DNA of 64,000 bases from Mobula hypostoma (GCF_963921235.1 NC_086097.1:63986001-64050000), one strand, 5' to 3'. Counted from the stretch's first letter, positions 13,151 through 27,242 are shown. Program-made: numbers and translations. The notes: generated by a model not told the origin, from the sequence alone.

Positions 13151-15271
13151 CAATAATCTACCAATTTACATGGCTGGTGACCATTTTAGTGCAAGCATAT
13201 CGGATCCAAGGGAGAATTTAATAAATTATATCCAAAATTAGTTCAGTGGCAAGAAACAAAGGATAATGATGGTTTAGTATTGTATTTGTGACTGGAAGGC
13301 TCTTCCTTGTCCTGAGAACTGCAACACAGCACATGATCCCTTATATATTTATGATAATCACTTGTATGTACAGCAAGTAATAAACTACAGTTTGCAGATG
13401 ATACAAAAATTGACCACATCCCCAACACAGTCCAAAATATAACCAGGAATAATACTGTAACTGGAAAATAAGAGAATAGCAATGATGATTAACTTTTTTT
13501 AAAGCATATCCTCTATATACTAAAAACTTGGCATTGGGTTACTTAATACAGTTGCATCCCCCCTTTTAAGAATTTTGTGATTGAATTAATTGGACCCCCA
13601 TTTGACCGACACTGTAGTTTTAAAGGATCTGCATACCTCACAGATCTGTCTCAACTCGGCATGGGCCAAAATCATAATGCTCCAGTTCAATTTGAGGTCT
13701 CAAAAACTGCAGTAATCAGTTAAAGCTTTGAAATGTTTTTCATTTCTTTGTTTCATTATATATTATATATTCATCAATATTTGAGTTACTGGCTGTCTTG
13801 TCAAAGTTTTGCGTCAATGGAATTTTTGGAAAGTGTTGATGACATTAAGTCATATCAATTTTTGTAAAATATTTGAGTCTCCAGAATGCAAAATATCTGC
13901 ATCTTCAGTTTTGACCAGTTTTTAAAGCAAGTATTAGCATGCAATAAAAGTAGTCCAACACAGGAACTAAAGATTAGCACAGGAGGTTTATTTATCACCC
14001 ACACAGGATCTTTCAGAGTCTAGGGGAATTTTTTTGCTGATGTACTTTTTTCCATTGAATTATTTTACCATGTTTAAAAATTTTATTAAATCAAACATGG
14101 ATTTTGTTAATTGTATATTTAATTCCTCTAAAGGAAAGATGTTACATGTTTGGGAAGAAGGGTTGCTCTTTTAGGTTTACTGAAGATTAGTGAAACGAAC
14201 TGTGCTGTGTACTGTAGAAACGTACTCCACAGAAAGCGGCCGTTCAGCTCAACAAGTCTATTCATCTGTCTCGCTTAATCCCACTTTCCAGTTTTTGCCT
14301 CATAGCCTTGTAGGTTAGAGCATATCAAATGTTTGTTTATGCTCTTTTTTTAAAAAAGAGGTTAGCAATAATAGCACTGGCCCTTCCTACAGCATGTGCT
14401 CTCGTACAGAAAAATGGCACTGTCCTCAAACTGATAACATTTGTTGTTGAATTTCTTTAGTTTTCATTTTAAATTGCACCAGTTTCATTGTTACCTTGTG
14501 CTGACTGAAATATTGATAGCTTCCCACACCTTTAATCAGGGGCTTTCACTATCTAGAATGACAAAGATAAAAAGTCCAAGTTTATGAGAAGGACAAACAA
14601 CTTTAAATGTGTGGGATGGTGTTAAGAGCAAAATGTAGATTTTTTTAATGCTATATGTTTCAATTTTCGTTTTCATTTTAAAAGATGTTTAATCAGCCAC
14701 TTAAGTTGTAGCTGTTTTAATTTGCCATATAAATGAAAAATTTTAAACTGCAGATGATGGAAATCTGAAAGAAAAACAAAATATTCTGGTAGCTCCCAGC
14801 AGATTATAAACTTGAAATCTTAATTCTTTTTCCAGAGATGCTGCATGATGTGTTTTTTTGAAAAAAAATCCACCATTTTCTGTTTTTGTCTTTTTACGTA
14901 CATACTCCAATTTTATGATAACTGCAGGAAGAATTTTTTTGTCTTGCATCATGTTGGTTGTATATAATGTTTCATCATGTGCACTTCCTAACGTTTTGAG
15001 ATCATTATGAGCAAATCGTGAGATATTAACCCATAAGTGGATTCCATTGCATTTTATACATTGTGGTAAAATGCTACCATTCTAATCAAGGAAATGGCCA
15101 CATGTGGACAATAATATGGTGGGGTGGTGGCGAGTGCTATGGAGGAAGAGGGTGGTGCTTAGAATGAATGAAAAAGCAAACATATCTACTTTTCACTTTG
15201 CCTAGCTACAAATGTTAGTGAGTTGACCCATAAGCTTGCTTAATTTGATTATGGATTAAAATAGATAAAGA

Positions 15272-15997
15272 AAAGTGCAGTAGAACAGAGGGATCTAGGA
15301 ATAATGGTGCATAGTTCCCTGAAGGTGGAAACTCATGTGGATAGGGTAGTGAAGAAAGTTTTTGGTATGCTGGCCTTTATAAATCAGAGCATTGAGTATA
15401 GGAGTTGGGATGTAATGTTGAAATTGTACAAGGCATTGGTAAGGCCAAATTTGGAGTATTGTGTACAGTTCTGGTCACCGAATTATAGGAAAGATGTCAA
15501 CAAAATTGAGAGAGTACAGAGAGGATTTACTAGACTGTTACCTGGGTTTCCTCTCCTAAGTTACAGAGAAAGGTTGAACAAGTTAGGTCTTTATTCTTTG
15601 GAGCGTAGAAGGTTAAGGGGAGACTTGATAGAGGTATTTAAAATTATGAGGGGGATAGATAGAATTAACCTGGATAGGCTTTTTCCATTGAGAGTAGGGG
15701 AGATTCAAACAAGAGGACATGAGTTGAGAGTTAAGGGGCAAAAGTTTAGGGGTAACATGAGGGGGAACTTCTTTACTCAGAGAGTGGTAGTTGTGTGGAA
15801 CGAGCTTCCAGCAGAAGTGGTTGAGGCAGGTTCATTTAAAGTTAAATTGGATAGGTATGTGGACAGGAAAGGAATGGAGGGTTATGGGCTGAGTGCAGGT
15901 CGATGGGACTAGATGAGAGTAAGCGTTCGGCACGGACTAGAAGGGCCGAGATGGCTTGTTTCCGTGCTGTAATTGTTATATGGTTATATGGTTATAT
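15272..15997 (+). mobile_element. Young CR1 3' fragment, same family as 10083-11570
   Basis: 202-aa ORF nearly identical to the C-terminus of the 417-aa ORF; ttatatggttatatgg tail. Confidence 0.93.
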
Positions 15998-16614
15998 AAA
16001 ACTTGCATTTAGGTTATATTCAGGCCATGCCAATGTGTGGTAAAGTCAATGAATTACTTCTGAAGTGTCGTCCTTCTTATAAATTGCTTAGAACAAACCC
16101 CTACCATAAGCCATGTGATGGTGGTCAAATAATCTGATTATTTGAAATGTTGGTTGGAGAATATTAAAGTAAGGAAATCAATTGAAATAATTGACTAAGG
16201 ACAATTCCCCTTATTTTCTTCAAAATTGTTTCATACAATCTTTTGCATCCACCTGACACAATATATGGGATTACAATCTAATGTTTCACCAGAAAGACTA
16301 CACTTCCAACAGCAAATATTGAGCACTTGTTAAGATTTTTCCCAAAAGTTAGCTTTAGCTAAGTAGAATTGATGTTTATGAAAAGCGATAGAAATGGCTT
16401 ATGTCCACATTCTAGAAATCTGATACTGGAAATGTTATGTTTCTTGGTTTAGAGTTGTATAATGTAAAAAGTTTAGTCCTTAGAGTTTCTGATATTCAAC
16501 TGTTTATCATTAGCTGTTGTATTTAAGTTGGCAGCATGCAGCATTTTTCTTCAAAATTGTGTAGGTACATATAAAATAATATCAATCAAAAAGAAAAGTC
16601 AACACGTCTTAGTA

Positions 16615-18050
16615 TTCAAAAGTTCAAAGTTTACAGTAAATTTATTATCAAGATACTTATATCACCCTATACAACCCTGAGATTCATTTTCTTGCGGGCA
16701 TACTCAATTCCAGATAGAATAATAACCATAATAGAATCAATGAAAGACTGCACCAACTTCGTCATTCAACCACTGTGCAAAAGATAACAAACTGCAAATA
16801 CAAAAAGAAAGAAAGAATAACAATAAATGAATAAGCAATAAATACTGAGAACATGAGATGAACAGTCCTTCAAAGTGAGTCCATAGGTTGTGGCAAGTGA
16901 AGTTATCCCCTTTGGTTCAAGAGCCTGATGGTTCGGTGTAGTAACTGTTCCTGAACCTGATGGTGTGAATCAAGAGACTCCTTTACCTTCCTGATGGCGA
17001 CAGCAAGAAGAGAACACATGTAGAGGTGCTTAATATTTCTGACCCTCTCCATCTGTCATCCTGTGATGAGGATTGGCTCGTGGACCTCTGCTTTCCTTCC
17101 CGAAGTCAATAATCAGCTCCTTGATCTTGACGGCATTGAGAGAGAGGTTCTTGTTGTGGCACCACTCAATCAGATTTTCAATCTCCCTCCTATATGCTGA
17201 TTTGGCCAATGACGATGATGATGTCAGCAAACTTAAATATGGCATTGGAGCTGCACTTAGTATAAATGAGTAGAGCAGGGGCTAATCTCACAGCCTTGTG
17301 ATGCACCTGTGCTGATGGAGATTGTGGAGGAGACATTGTTGCCAATTTGAACTGATTGGGGTCTACAGCTGAGGAAATCAGGGTTCCAGTTGCTCAAGGA
17401 GGTATTGAGGCCTCGGTCTAGGAGCTTATTGATTAGTTTTGTGGAGATGATAGTATTGAATGCAGAGTTGTCATTAACAAAGAGCATCCTGATGTTGACC
17501 TGTTGTGACAGTAGTCAAAACTGGAGCGAATCCAAGTCACTTCTCAGGCAGGAGTTGACAGATTCATCCCCAGCCTCTCAAAGCACATCATTGCAGTGGA
17601 TGTAAGTGCTACTAGACGATAGTCATTAAAACAGGTTACCACGTTCTTCTTGGGCACCAGTAGGCACAAGTGAAGTCTGCTTGAAGCAAGTGGGTACCTC
17701 AGACTGCCGAAGCGAGAAATTAAAGATCTCAGTGAGCACTCTAGCCAGCTGATCGGCACATGTCTTTAATACCTGGCCATGTACCCTGTCTGGGCCCTGT
17801 GCTTCTCATGGGTTCACCCTCCTGAAGGCTGCTCACACATCGGTCAGGGAGATTGAAGGAGCTGTGGGAGTTCATGATGGTTCCACCATGTTTTGACGGT
17901 CAAAGCGAGCATGGAAGGCATTGAGCTTTAACTGGAAGCGAAGCCCTGTTGTTGCCCATGTCACCTGATTTGACTTCTTAAGACATGATGGCATTTAAAC
18001 CTTGCCACATCTGTCGAGCATCCTTTATTGAATCAAGTTTAGTCCGACCA
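16615..18050 (-). mobile_element. Degenerate Rex/Babar LINE
   Basis: Minus ORFs NDYRLVALTSTAMMCFERL, SAFNTII, AYRREIENLIEWC; 3' UTR similar to 53830-54480. Confidence 0.75.
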
Positions 18051-19729
18051 GTACATTCATAGGGAGTGTTCATTTCCATTTGCTATAGAATCATAAGTAG
18101 TGGTTTTTGGGTTATTCCCTTGCCCTTTATCTATAATGTTGAATTTCCTTATTCTTTTCAAGCCAAAACTGATCCATTTTTCATTCAGTGGAAGGTTTGG
18201 GACTTACAGAATCACTTGCTGTGCAAGGGAGATCAGAAAATGGCAGAATCAGTACTGGTAGGACCTATGCTTGTGGTTGGTGAGTGGTGGACAGGTCAGC
18301 TGCATTGCAGAGGCCCTAGTGACAACATGGTCAAAATCCAACTGTATCCATATCATTGTTGCATGAAGGAAGTCATTGGAGAAAAGTACTGATAGGTATG
18401 AAGCAGCCTCTTTATTCAACAAAATACGATGCAGCATCAAACAGAAGATGCTTTTGGTGGGAACATCTACCTATGCCCAGCACTACACACATTTTATATG
18501 CTAAAGATCAAAAAAATTCAGGACAATTCAAACAAATCCATTTTTACAATGCCCTCTTGAACTATACATATAACCATTTAAAATGTCTGGATCTTCCCAC
18601 CATCACACCCAAAACAAGTGCTAATACCTGTCGCATCTGTGCAGCGAAATGTTGATTGGACTCATGCATATGCAGACATTCAGCTAAGTGCATGTTTCCT
18701 GTTCTGTCTGGTCTGTGATTCAAGGCTTTTAGGAACCTATTGTTCAGAGCCGCACTAAAGTCAAATCCACAATCCATATTCAGATCTAAAGGCCGAGGTT
18801 ATCCACTAAGTGTGCTAAACCCAAAAATCGCTCTAACAGTCCCTCCTCATGGACCTCCTGGACAAAAATAAATTTGTATCAGGAAATGTTGACCTTAAGG
18901 AGGACCTATTTAAATAGGCCAGCAGAAATGCCCTGCCTCGGAATCCCCCCCCCCCCCATTATTTTGAATGCATCTGTATCTACATCTACCCTATCATCCC
19001 TAATTGCTACCTACAAAATACTAAACAGAGAGATTGTTCCAGAAATTTGAAGAATGGTCTTCAGAAATACAGCTTTGTTCGTAAGTCTGTTGCCTCCTTC
19101 CCTGCTGGCCGATTGCAGTTTAATCACATTCCTTGTCTGTACCCCTTCATTCTCTGGTAGCTGAAACTCTCTCTTCCAGGGACAGCAGCAAGGTAAGTGC
19201 ATCAGGCTTACAGGCCCTCTCATCAATGGAAGGGGTTGGGGTGGTCTCTATCCGAATGACTGCAAGGGCCTCCCCCCAGTGGCACCCCCTTCCAAAATGT
19301 CCAGTCAATCACTGGCCTGTCTACTGAAAGGACCCGGCTCATTTGTATTCACTCCCCATTCAGGCTGGGGTGATTGCCTTCAGATGCCATGTGCAATCTT
19401 CCTCTGTCTGCCTTGCCATCAGTTGTGAAACCTGATGTCTCTGATGTAACCTAAATCCCACTCCATCTATTTTCCCCAATATCTTTTCTATGTTAATCAA
19501 CTAATCATCTACTTCCAGCAACCAGCCTTCATTACATGGGTTTCTGTCACGCTGTTGGTGTCTTCTGCCTTTGCATTTTGCTGTGGGTATGTTTCCATCA
19601 ACTGTGGTCAGGCCTGGTGTGGCTGGCTGATGTTCATCTCCTAGGTTCTCTGAAATTACATGGTTACTGGGTACATTTGATCCCCCACTCTGTCTTTGGG
19701 GCCAACAAGAAGGTGAGTCATACAGTTTA

Positions 19730-20351
19730 ATCTGAGTTCAGTGTCTCCACTGGCTGCCTCACTGAGTCTGCACACAGACACAGGTGTCACTTGTTAAAAG
19801 TACCATCTGTGATCCTATCCATCTGGGGGAAAACCCTACCCTTTCTGGCAGCACCCTCACCATGGGTGACTATCCCCTTTCCTTCTGGCTCTCCCTGATC
19901 AGCAATGTGCTGCTGTTTTGCTCGGTCCTTCAACACTTTTAAGTTGTTTACAAAGGTCTTTCACATACTGTGTCATTCTATCCCTGTAAGCCCCAGGCTC
20001 CCCACAGCCTGTAATTACCCCATAATGGAGTCACATTGCTCACCCCATCAATAGGGGCTGCGACTTACTGTGCAGTTTGGGGATTGCTCGCTATGTTATC
20101 AGGATTCCTGGTAATACATCAACCCATGTCTTTCCTGTCTCGGCTATAGCTTTGCCTAAGGCATTCTTGATTGTTCGGTTCATCCTTTCTACCATTCCTG
20201 AATTCTGAGGGTGGTAGGGTACTTGGAACTGTTGTTGAACCCCTAACAGTCGGCACATTTCCTTCATCACTTTCCCTGTGACGTGCTCCTGATCCAAGTC
20301 CACCTGGACTGGAGTTCGCCACCTTGGGGGGATTTTCTGGTCTCGAATCCG
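19730..20351 (-). mobile_element. Endogenous retrovirus integrase fragment
   Basis: VQVDLDQ...[35 protein letters not shown]...WVDVLP, then MVRVLP..FSPRWIGSQMVLLT; compare MLV YRPQSSGQVERMNRTIK and EPRWKGPYTVLLT. Confidence 0.8.
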
Positions 20352-21419
20352 TGCACTTATTTCAAAAAGTCAACAATTATACCAGTGCCTAAGAAGAATA
20401 ATGTGAGCTGCCTTTATGATTATTGCCCGGTTGCACTCACATCTACAATGATGAAATGCTTTGAGAGGTTGGTTATGACTATACTGAACTCCAACCTCAG
20501 CAAGGACCTGGACCCATTGCAATTTGCCTATCGCCACAATAGGTCAACAGCAGATGCAATCTCAGTGGCTCTCCACACGGCTTTAGACCACCTGGATGAC
20601 ACAAGCACCTATGTCACGATGCTGGTTCATCGACTATAGCTCAGCATATAATACCATCATTCCCACAATCCTGACTGAGAAGTTGCAGAACCTGGGCCTC
20701 TGTACCTCCCTCTGTAACTGGATCCTCAACTTTCTAACTGGAAGACCACAATCTGTGCGGATTGGTGATAACATCTCCTCCTCGCTGACGGTCAACACTG
20801 GTGTACTTCAGGGGTGTGTGCTTAACCCACTGCTGTACTCTCTCTATACCCATGACTGTGTGGCTAGGCATAGCTCATATATGGTACGATCTATAAATTT
20901 GCTGATGATACAGCCACTGTTGGTAGAATCTCAGATGGTGACAAGAGGGCATAAAGGAGTGAGATATGCCAGCTAGTGGAGAGGTGTCGCGGCAACAACC
21001 TTGCACTCAACGTCAGGAAGATGAAAGAGCTGATGGTGGACTACAAGAGGATAAGATGAAGGAACACATACCAATCCTTATAAAGGGATCAGAAGTGGAG
21101 AGAGTGAGCCGTTTCAAGTTCCTGGGGGTCAAGATCTCCGAGGACCTAACCTGGTCCCAACATATCAATGCAGTTATAAAGAAGACAAGACAGCAACTTT
21201 TCTTCATTCGGAGTTTGTAGAGATTTGGTATGTCAACAAATACACTCAAAACTTCTATAGATGTAGTGTGGAGAGCATTCTGACAGGCTGCATGACTGTC
21301 TGGTATGGGGGGGGAGGGGGCTACTGCACAGGACCAAAAGAAACTGCAGAGTGTTGTAAATTTAGTTGGCTCCATCTTAATTAGCAGCCTACAAAGTACC
21401 CAGGACATTTTTAAGGAGC

Positions 21420-24396
21420 AAGAGGATAAGACGTGAGAGAATAGGACCAATCAAGTGTGGCAGTGGAATAGTGTGTATGGAACCAGAGGAGGTAGTGGAG
21501 ATACTTAATGAATACTTTGCTTCAGTATTCACTACGGAAAAGGACCTTGGCGATTGAAGGGATGACTTACAGCGGACTGAAAAGCTTGAGCGTATAGACA
21601 ATAAGAAAGAAGATGTGCTGGAGTTTTGGAAAGCATCAAATTGGATAAGTCACTGGGACCCAATGAAATATACCCTAGGCTATAGTGGGAGGTGAGGGAG
21701 AAGATTGCTGAGCCTCTGGCAATGATCTTTGCATCATCAATGGGGACGGGAGAGATTCCGGAGGATTGGAGGGTTGCTGACGTTGTCCCTTATTCAAGAA
21801 GTTGAGGATGCCATAGTCTACCTGCTGAACCATGTCTACGCCCACCTGGACAAGCCAGCGAGCACTGTGAGGGTTATGTTTTTTGACTTCTCCAGTGCGT
21901 TCAACACCATCCACCCTGCTCTGCTGGGGGAGAAGCTGACAGCGATGCAGGTGGATGCTTCCCTGGTATCATGGATTCTTGATTACCTGTCTGGCAGACC
22001 ACAGTACGTATGCTTGCAACACTGTGTGTCCGACAGAGTGATCAGCAGCACTGGGGCTCCACAGGGGACTGTCTTGTCTCCCTTTCTCTTCATCATTTAC
22101 ACCTTGGACTTCAACTACTGCACAGAGTCTTGTCATCCTCAGAAGTTTTCTGATGACTCTGCCATTGTTGGATGCATCAGCAAGGGAGATGAGGTTGAGT
22201 ACAGGGCTATGGTAGGAAACTTTGTCACATGGTGTGAGCAGAATTATCTGCAGCTTAATGTGAAAAAGACTAAGGAGCTGGTGGTAGACCTGAGGAGAGC
22301 GAAGGTACCGGTGACCCCTGTTTCCATCCAGGGGTCAGTGTGGACATGGTGGAGGATTACAAATACCTGGGGATACGAATTGACAATAAACTGGACTGGT
22401 CAAAGAACACTGAGGCTGTCTACAAGAAGGGTCAGAGCCGTCTCTATTTCCTGAGGAGACTGAGGTCCTTTAACATCTGCCGGACGATGCTGAGGATGTT
22501 CGAGTCTGTGGTGGCCAGTGCTATCATGTTTACTGTTGTGTGCTGGGGCAGTAGGCTGAGGGTTGCAGACACCAACAGAATCAACAAACTCATTCAGAAG
22601 GCCAGTGATGTTGTGGGGATGGAACTGGGCTCTCTGACGGTGGTGTCTGAAAAGAGGATGCTGTCCAAGTTGCATGCCATCTTGGACAATGTATCCCATC
22701 CACTACATAATGTACTGGGTGGGCACAGGAGTACATTCAGCCAGAGACTCATTCCACCGGGATGCAACACAGAGCGTCATAGGAAGTCATTCCTGCCTGT
22801 GGCCATCAAATTTTACAGCTCCTCCCTTGGAGGATCAGACACCCTGAGCCAATAGGCTGGTCCTGGACTTATTTCCTGGCATAATTTACATATTACTGTT
22901 TAACTATTTATGGTTTTATTACTATTTATTATTTATGGTGCAACTGTAACGAAAACCAATTTCCCCTGGGAGTAATAAAGTATGACTATGACTACTAAGA
23001 AAGGGAGTAGAGATAGCCCAGGAAATTGTAAACCAGTGAGTCATACTTCAGTGGTTGGTAAGTTGATGGAGAAGATCCTGAGAGGCAGGATTTATGAACA
23101 TTTGGAGAGGCATAATATGATTAGGAATAGTCAGCATAGCTTTGTCAAAGGCAGGTTGTGCCTTACGAGCCTGATTGAGTTTTTTGAGGATGTGACGAAA
23201 CACATTAATGAAGGTAGAGCAGTAGATGTAGTATATGTGGATTTCAACAAGGCATTTGATAAGGTACCCCATGCACAGCTTATTGAGAAAGTAAGGAGGC
23301 ATGGGATCTAAAGGGACCTTGCTTTGTGGATCCAAAATTGGCTTGCTCACAGAAGGCAAAGAGTGGTTGTAGATGGGTCATATTCTACAATGGAGGTCGG
23401 TGACCAGTGGAGTGCCTCAGGGATCTGTTCTGGGACCCCTACTCTTCGTGATTTTTATAAATGACCTGGATGAGCAAGTGGAGGGATGTGTTAGTAAACT
23501 TGCTGATGACACAAAGGTTGGGGATGGTGTGGATAGTGTGGAGGGCTGTCAGAGGTTACAGCAGAACATCGATAGCATGCAAAACTGGGCTGACGAGTAG
23601 CAGATGGAGTTCAACCCAGGTAAGTGTGAGGTGGTTCATTTTGGTAGGTCAAATATGATGGCGGAATATAGTATTAATGGTAAGACTCTTGGCAATGTGG
23701 AAGATCAGAGGAATCTTGGGGTCCGAGTCCATAGGACATCCAAAGCTGCTGCACAGATTGGCTGTGTGGTTAAGAAGGCATATGGTGTATTGGCCTTCAT
23801 CAACTGTGGGATTGAGTTCAAGAGCCAAGAGGTAATGTTACAGCTATATAGGAACCTGGTCAGACCCCACTTGGAGCACTGTGCTCAGTTCTGGTCACCT
23901 CACTGCAGGAAGGATGTAGAAGCTATAAAAAGGGTGCAGAGGAGACTTACAAGGATGTCGCCTGGATTGGGGAGCATGCCTTATGAGAATAGGTTGAGTA
24001 AACTTGGCCTTTTCTCCTTGGAGCGGTGGAGGATGAGAGGTGACCCGATAGAGGTGTATAAGATGATGGGAGGCATTGATCGTGTGGATAGTCAGAGGCT
24101 TTTTCTCGGGGCTGAAATAGCTAACATGAGAGGGCACAGTTTTAAAGTGCTTGGAAGTAGATACAAAGGAGATGTCAGGGGTAAGGTTTCTACGCAGAGA
24201 GTGGTGAGTGCGTGGAATGGGCTACCAGCGATGGTGGTGGAGGCAGATACAATAGGAACACTTGGATAGATACATGGAGCTTAGAAAAATAGAAAGCTAG
24301 GGGTGACCCTAGGTAATTTCTAAAGTAAGTACATGTTTGGCACAACATTGTGGGCCAAAGGGCCTGTATTGTGCTGTAGGTTTTCTATGTTTCGAT
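21420..24396 (+). mobile_element. CR1 LINE (21420-21800 plus 22997-24396), degenerate
   Basis: [31 protein letters not shown]; ttttctatgtttc tail; flanked by GAGC TSD. Confidence 0.9.
21801..22996 (+). mobile_element. Young Rex/Babar LINE nested in CR1
   Basis: FFDFSSAFNTI, GAPQGTVLSP, KFSDD; tatgactatgac tail; AAGAA TSD at 21796-21800 and 22997-23001. Confidence 0.9.
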
Positions 24397-24795
24397 GAGC
24401 GTTGTCTCAGAAAGGCAGTGTCCATTATTAAGGACCTCCAGCACCCAGGGAATGAATGCCCTTTTACTCACTGTTACCATCGGGTAGGAGGTATAGAAGC
24501 CTGAAGGCGCACACTCAGCGATTCAGGAACAGCTTCTTCCCTTCTACCATCCAATTCCTAAATGGACATTGAACCTGTGAACACTACCTCACTTTTTAAA
24601 TATATATTATTTGTTTTTTGCATGATTTTTAATGTATTCAATATATATGTTGTATATACATACTGTACTGTAATTGATTTACATATTTTTTATTTCTTTT
24701 TCCCCTTCTATATTATGTATTGCATTTAACTGCTGTTGCTAAGTTAACAAATTTCACGTCACATGCCGGTGATAATAAACCTGATTCTGATTCTG

Positions 24796-25962
24796 ACCTC
24801 TTCATATAATTTTTCTAAACTGTAGTAGTTTCTTCCTGCACACTTGCAATTTCAATTGCCTCTTGTCCCTCTGCTGCCTTCTTCACACTGATGTCTGCCC
24901 ACTCATTTCCTCTCTGCTCCTTACGCTGCCCTCTCTGGTGAGCTTTTACTTTAATTACTGCCACCTCTGCTGACAGACTCACTGCTTCAAGCAGTTGTTC
25001 TATTAAGTGCCTGTGCTGAATACATGCACCTGTTGAGGTTACAAATTCCCGTCGTGCTTATGCCATCAGATAATCATTCACCACCCCGAGGGCATACCGG
25101 CTGTCTGTGTGTGTGTATATATACTTGTCTGCCTTTACTGTAGCTCAGTGCTTCTATCAGGGCTACCAGTTCTACTACCTGAGCTGAGCAACCCCCGGCA
25201 GTGCTCCTGAAGATAATTCTTCACCTGTTTCCTTTACTACAACTCACCCCATCTGTGGCTTCCTGCCTATGTACCTCTGAGACCCATCTTTAAAAATTTC
25301 CTCTGCTTCCCCTTCCAGAGGTGTTTCCTTCACACTGATATCATCTTCCTGCTCTATTTCCATTTGGCACTCGTGAGCCTCCCCCTGTTAGGATGGTGCT
25401 TGCAGGATTCATTCCAGTGTCCCTAACTATCGTGACTGACTTGTCTTTGGGGATGAGAACCAGCTCCCAAAGCTGCCCTCTGCTGTTGGTGGCTGCTCTC
25501 AGCCTCCCTGTATTCAGGAGCTCTACAATGGTATGGGCTGTGTGTAGTATGACTTGTCCCATCATTACGACTTGCACTGCCCACACGGTGCAGTCTAAAG
25601 CTGCTACACAGCGGGGAAGTCCTGCTGCAATGGGTGTCTGTTTCATTGCCTTCTTGTGTCCTCATCGTTCTGCACCACTACTGCATTATAATACCCTCCC
25701 TCATTGCTGCTGTATAGGTGAAAGGGGTGAGCCACATCTGGTATCCTAGTGCAAATGCAGAAACTAGGGCTTCCTTGATATCTGTAAAAGCCTTTAGCAC
25801 CCCCCCCCCCCCCACAATTACCTTATGTGCATCTGCACATCTCAAAGCAGGGCAGGATTGTGCAGCTGTACTGTGTAGTGTCACACAAGTTCCTGTCTCT
25901 AACTTTTTGGGGAAGAGCAATTTCCAAGCTTGTACTTTGGTTCTCTGGAGAGTGCAGGGCAT
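24796..25962 (-). mobile_element. Endogenous retrovirus pol fragment (RT thumb, tether, RNase H)
   Basis: KAFTDIKEALVSAFALG; PIAAGLPRCVAALD...GQVILHTAH...NPAS; FKDGS...SAQVVELVALIEAL...TDSRYALG...IKVKAHQ...RGNEWAD..VKKAA (with frameshifts and stops). Confidence 0.8.
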
Positions 25963-27230
25963 GGAGAAAGAGAAGATAATATGCTTTTACAAAGTGAAGA
26001 GAATATGAAGTGAAAATTGCCAAGCTGCAAACTTCGAAATGGGAATATGAAGGGGAGAGATTGAAGAGGCAGAATTGTCTCCTCTCTCAGTCTCTGTTGT
26101 ATTTGTTTTTGTGATTGTGTGTCTAGGAGTCATTGGAACAGATCTTATTTTGCCCCAGAAATTGCTACCTACTTGCACAACACCACACTGTTTGCCAAAG
26201 GTCCATTTTCATTAGAAACCCAGCAATGAATGCAGCATTGGGTTGTCTTAACACAGGCAGCCATTTGTATTCACAGAGCCCTTTTGAGCACCAGAAAGGC
26301 CCATCTGCCCAGTTCCATAGACTTTCAACATTGTCATTGTGATCAAGATCATTGAAGCTTTGTGAATGTCTTTGACAATAACGAGCATTCTGCAAAAATC
26401 AGCTATATTAAAGTTTAAAGTATATAGGTAAATAATAATGGTATCTTTAAATTTAAAACTACATCAATATAGTAACTTTAAAAAAACACTAAAACAAAAT
26501 AAGTACTGAAAACATTACTCCAAACACTAGCGTCAGGGACTGCCATACTTGTACCAGATTTAACCTGGCACAGATTCAGGGAGCTTTTCAGCTCAAGAGC
26601 TAGAATGCCTGTGGAAGATTTTGCAACCTTGTTATATTCCTTGAAGAGTTCATCAGAGAAGCACAGGGCAGGCAGAAGATATCACTGCCAATTTAGACTG
26701 AATCCAGTACTGGAAACTTGGACTCCAAGAATGTTCCTGGCGTTAGTGTCATGACTTACCCATGTGCCCATAAATATCCTGCCACTATAAACTTTTGTGT
26801 ATTTTTAAAATCAAGTTAGTGATGGAAAGAGGAGAAATTATCATGTCAAAAGCACAGTCATGCTACAATCCAGCATTTGGTGTTAGTATCAAAGCATACC
26901 ATTCTGAAGTTGGAACATTTGGTTACATACTCCTTTTAACTTCGGTCAAGGACCAAGCAATTCTAGATTTCAAAATAACAATGAAAAATAAGGGTTCTCA
27001 TTCTTTTTAATCATATTTGATTATTTGCCAACATTTACCTGAAATCCCTGTTGCCATAGTGACAACCCCATTGATTTACCCTGTAGATTAGAGTAGAAAA
27101 GGTAAATTAAGCTCACTTTTTTCATATTTTATAAATTCTCCTCAGGTGACTGCAGGGTTCTATTCATATAAATTGTTCATAAGCCAGAAAGTTCACAGGT
27201 TAGAATTGCAGCTCCAGATGAAGTTCACAT

Positions 27231-27242
27231 CCCCCCCCCCCC

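Larger units (their letters stand above)
20352..24795 (+). mobile_element. Rex/Babar LINE (20352-21419 plus 24397-24795) interrupted by CR1
   Basis: [18 protein letters not shown] and QGCVL.P motifs; resumes at the 4-bp TSD GAGC; ctgattctgattctga tail. Confidence 0.85.

Noticed and set aside
18060..19730. env gene or LTR of the ERV
   Set aside because: The position fits, but no furin site, immunosuppressive domain, CX6CC motif or paired LTR could be recognised.
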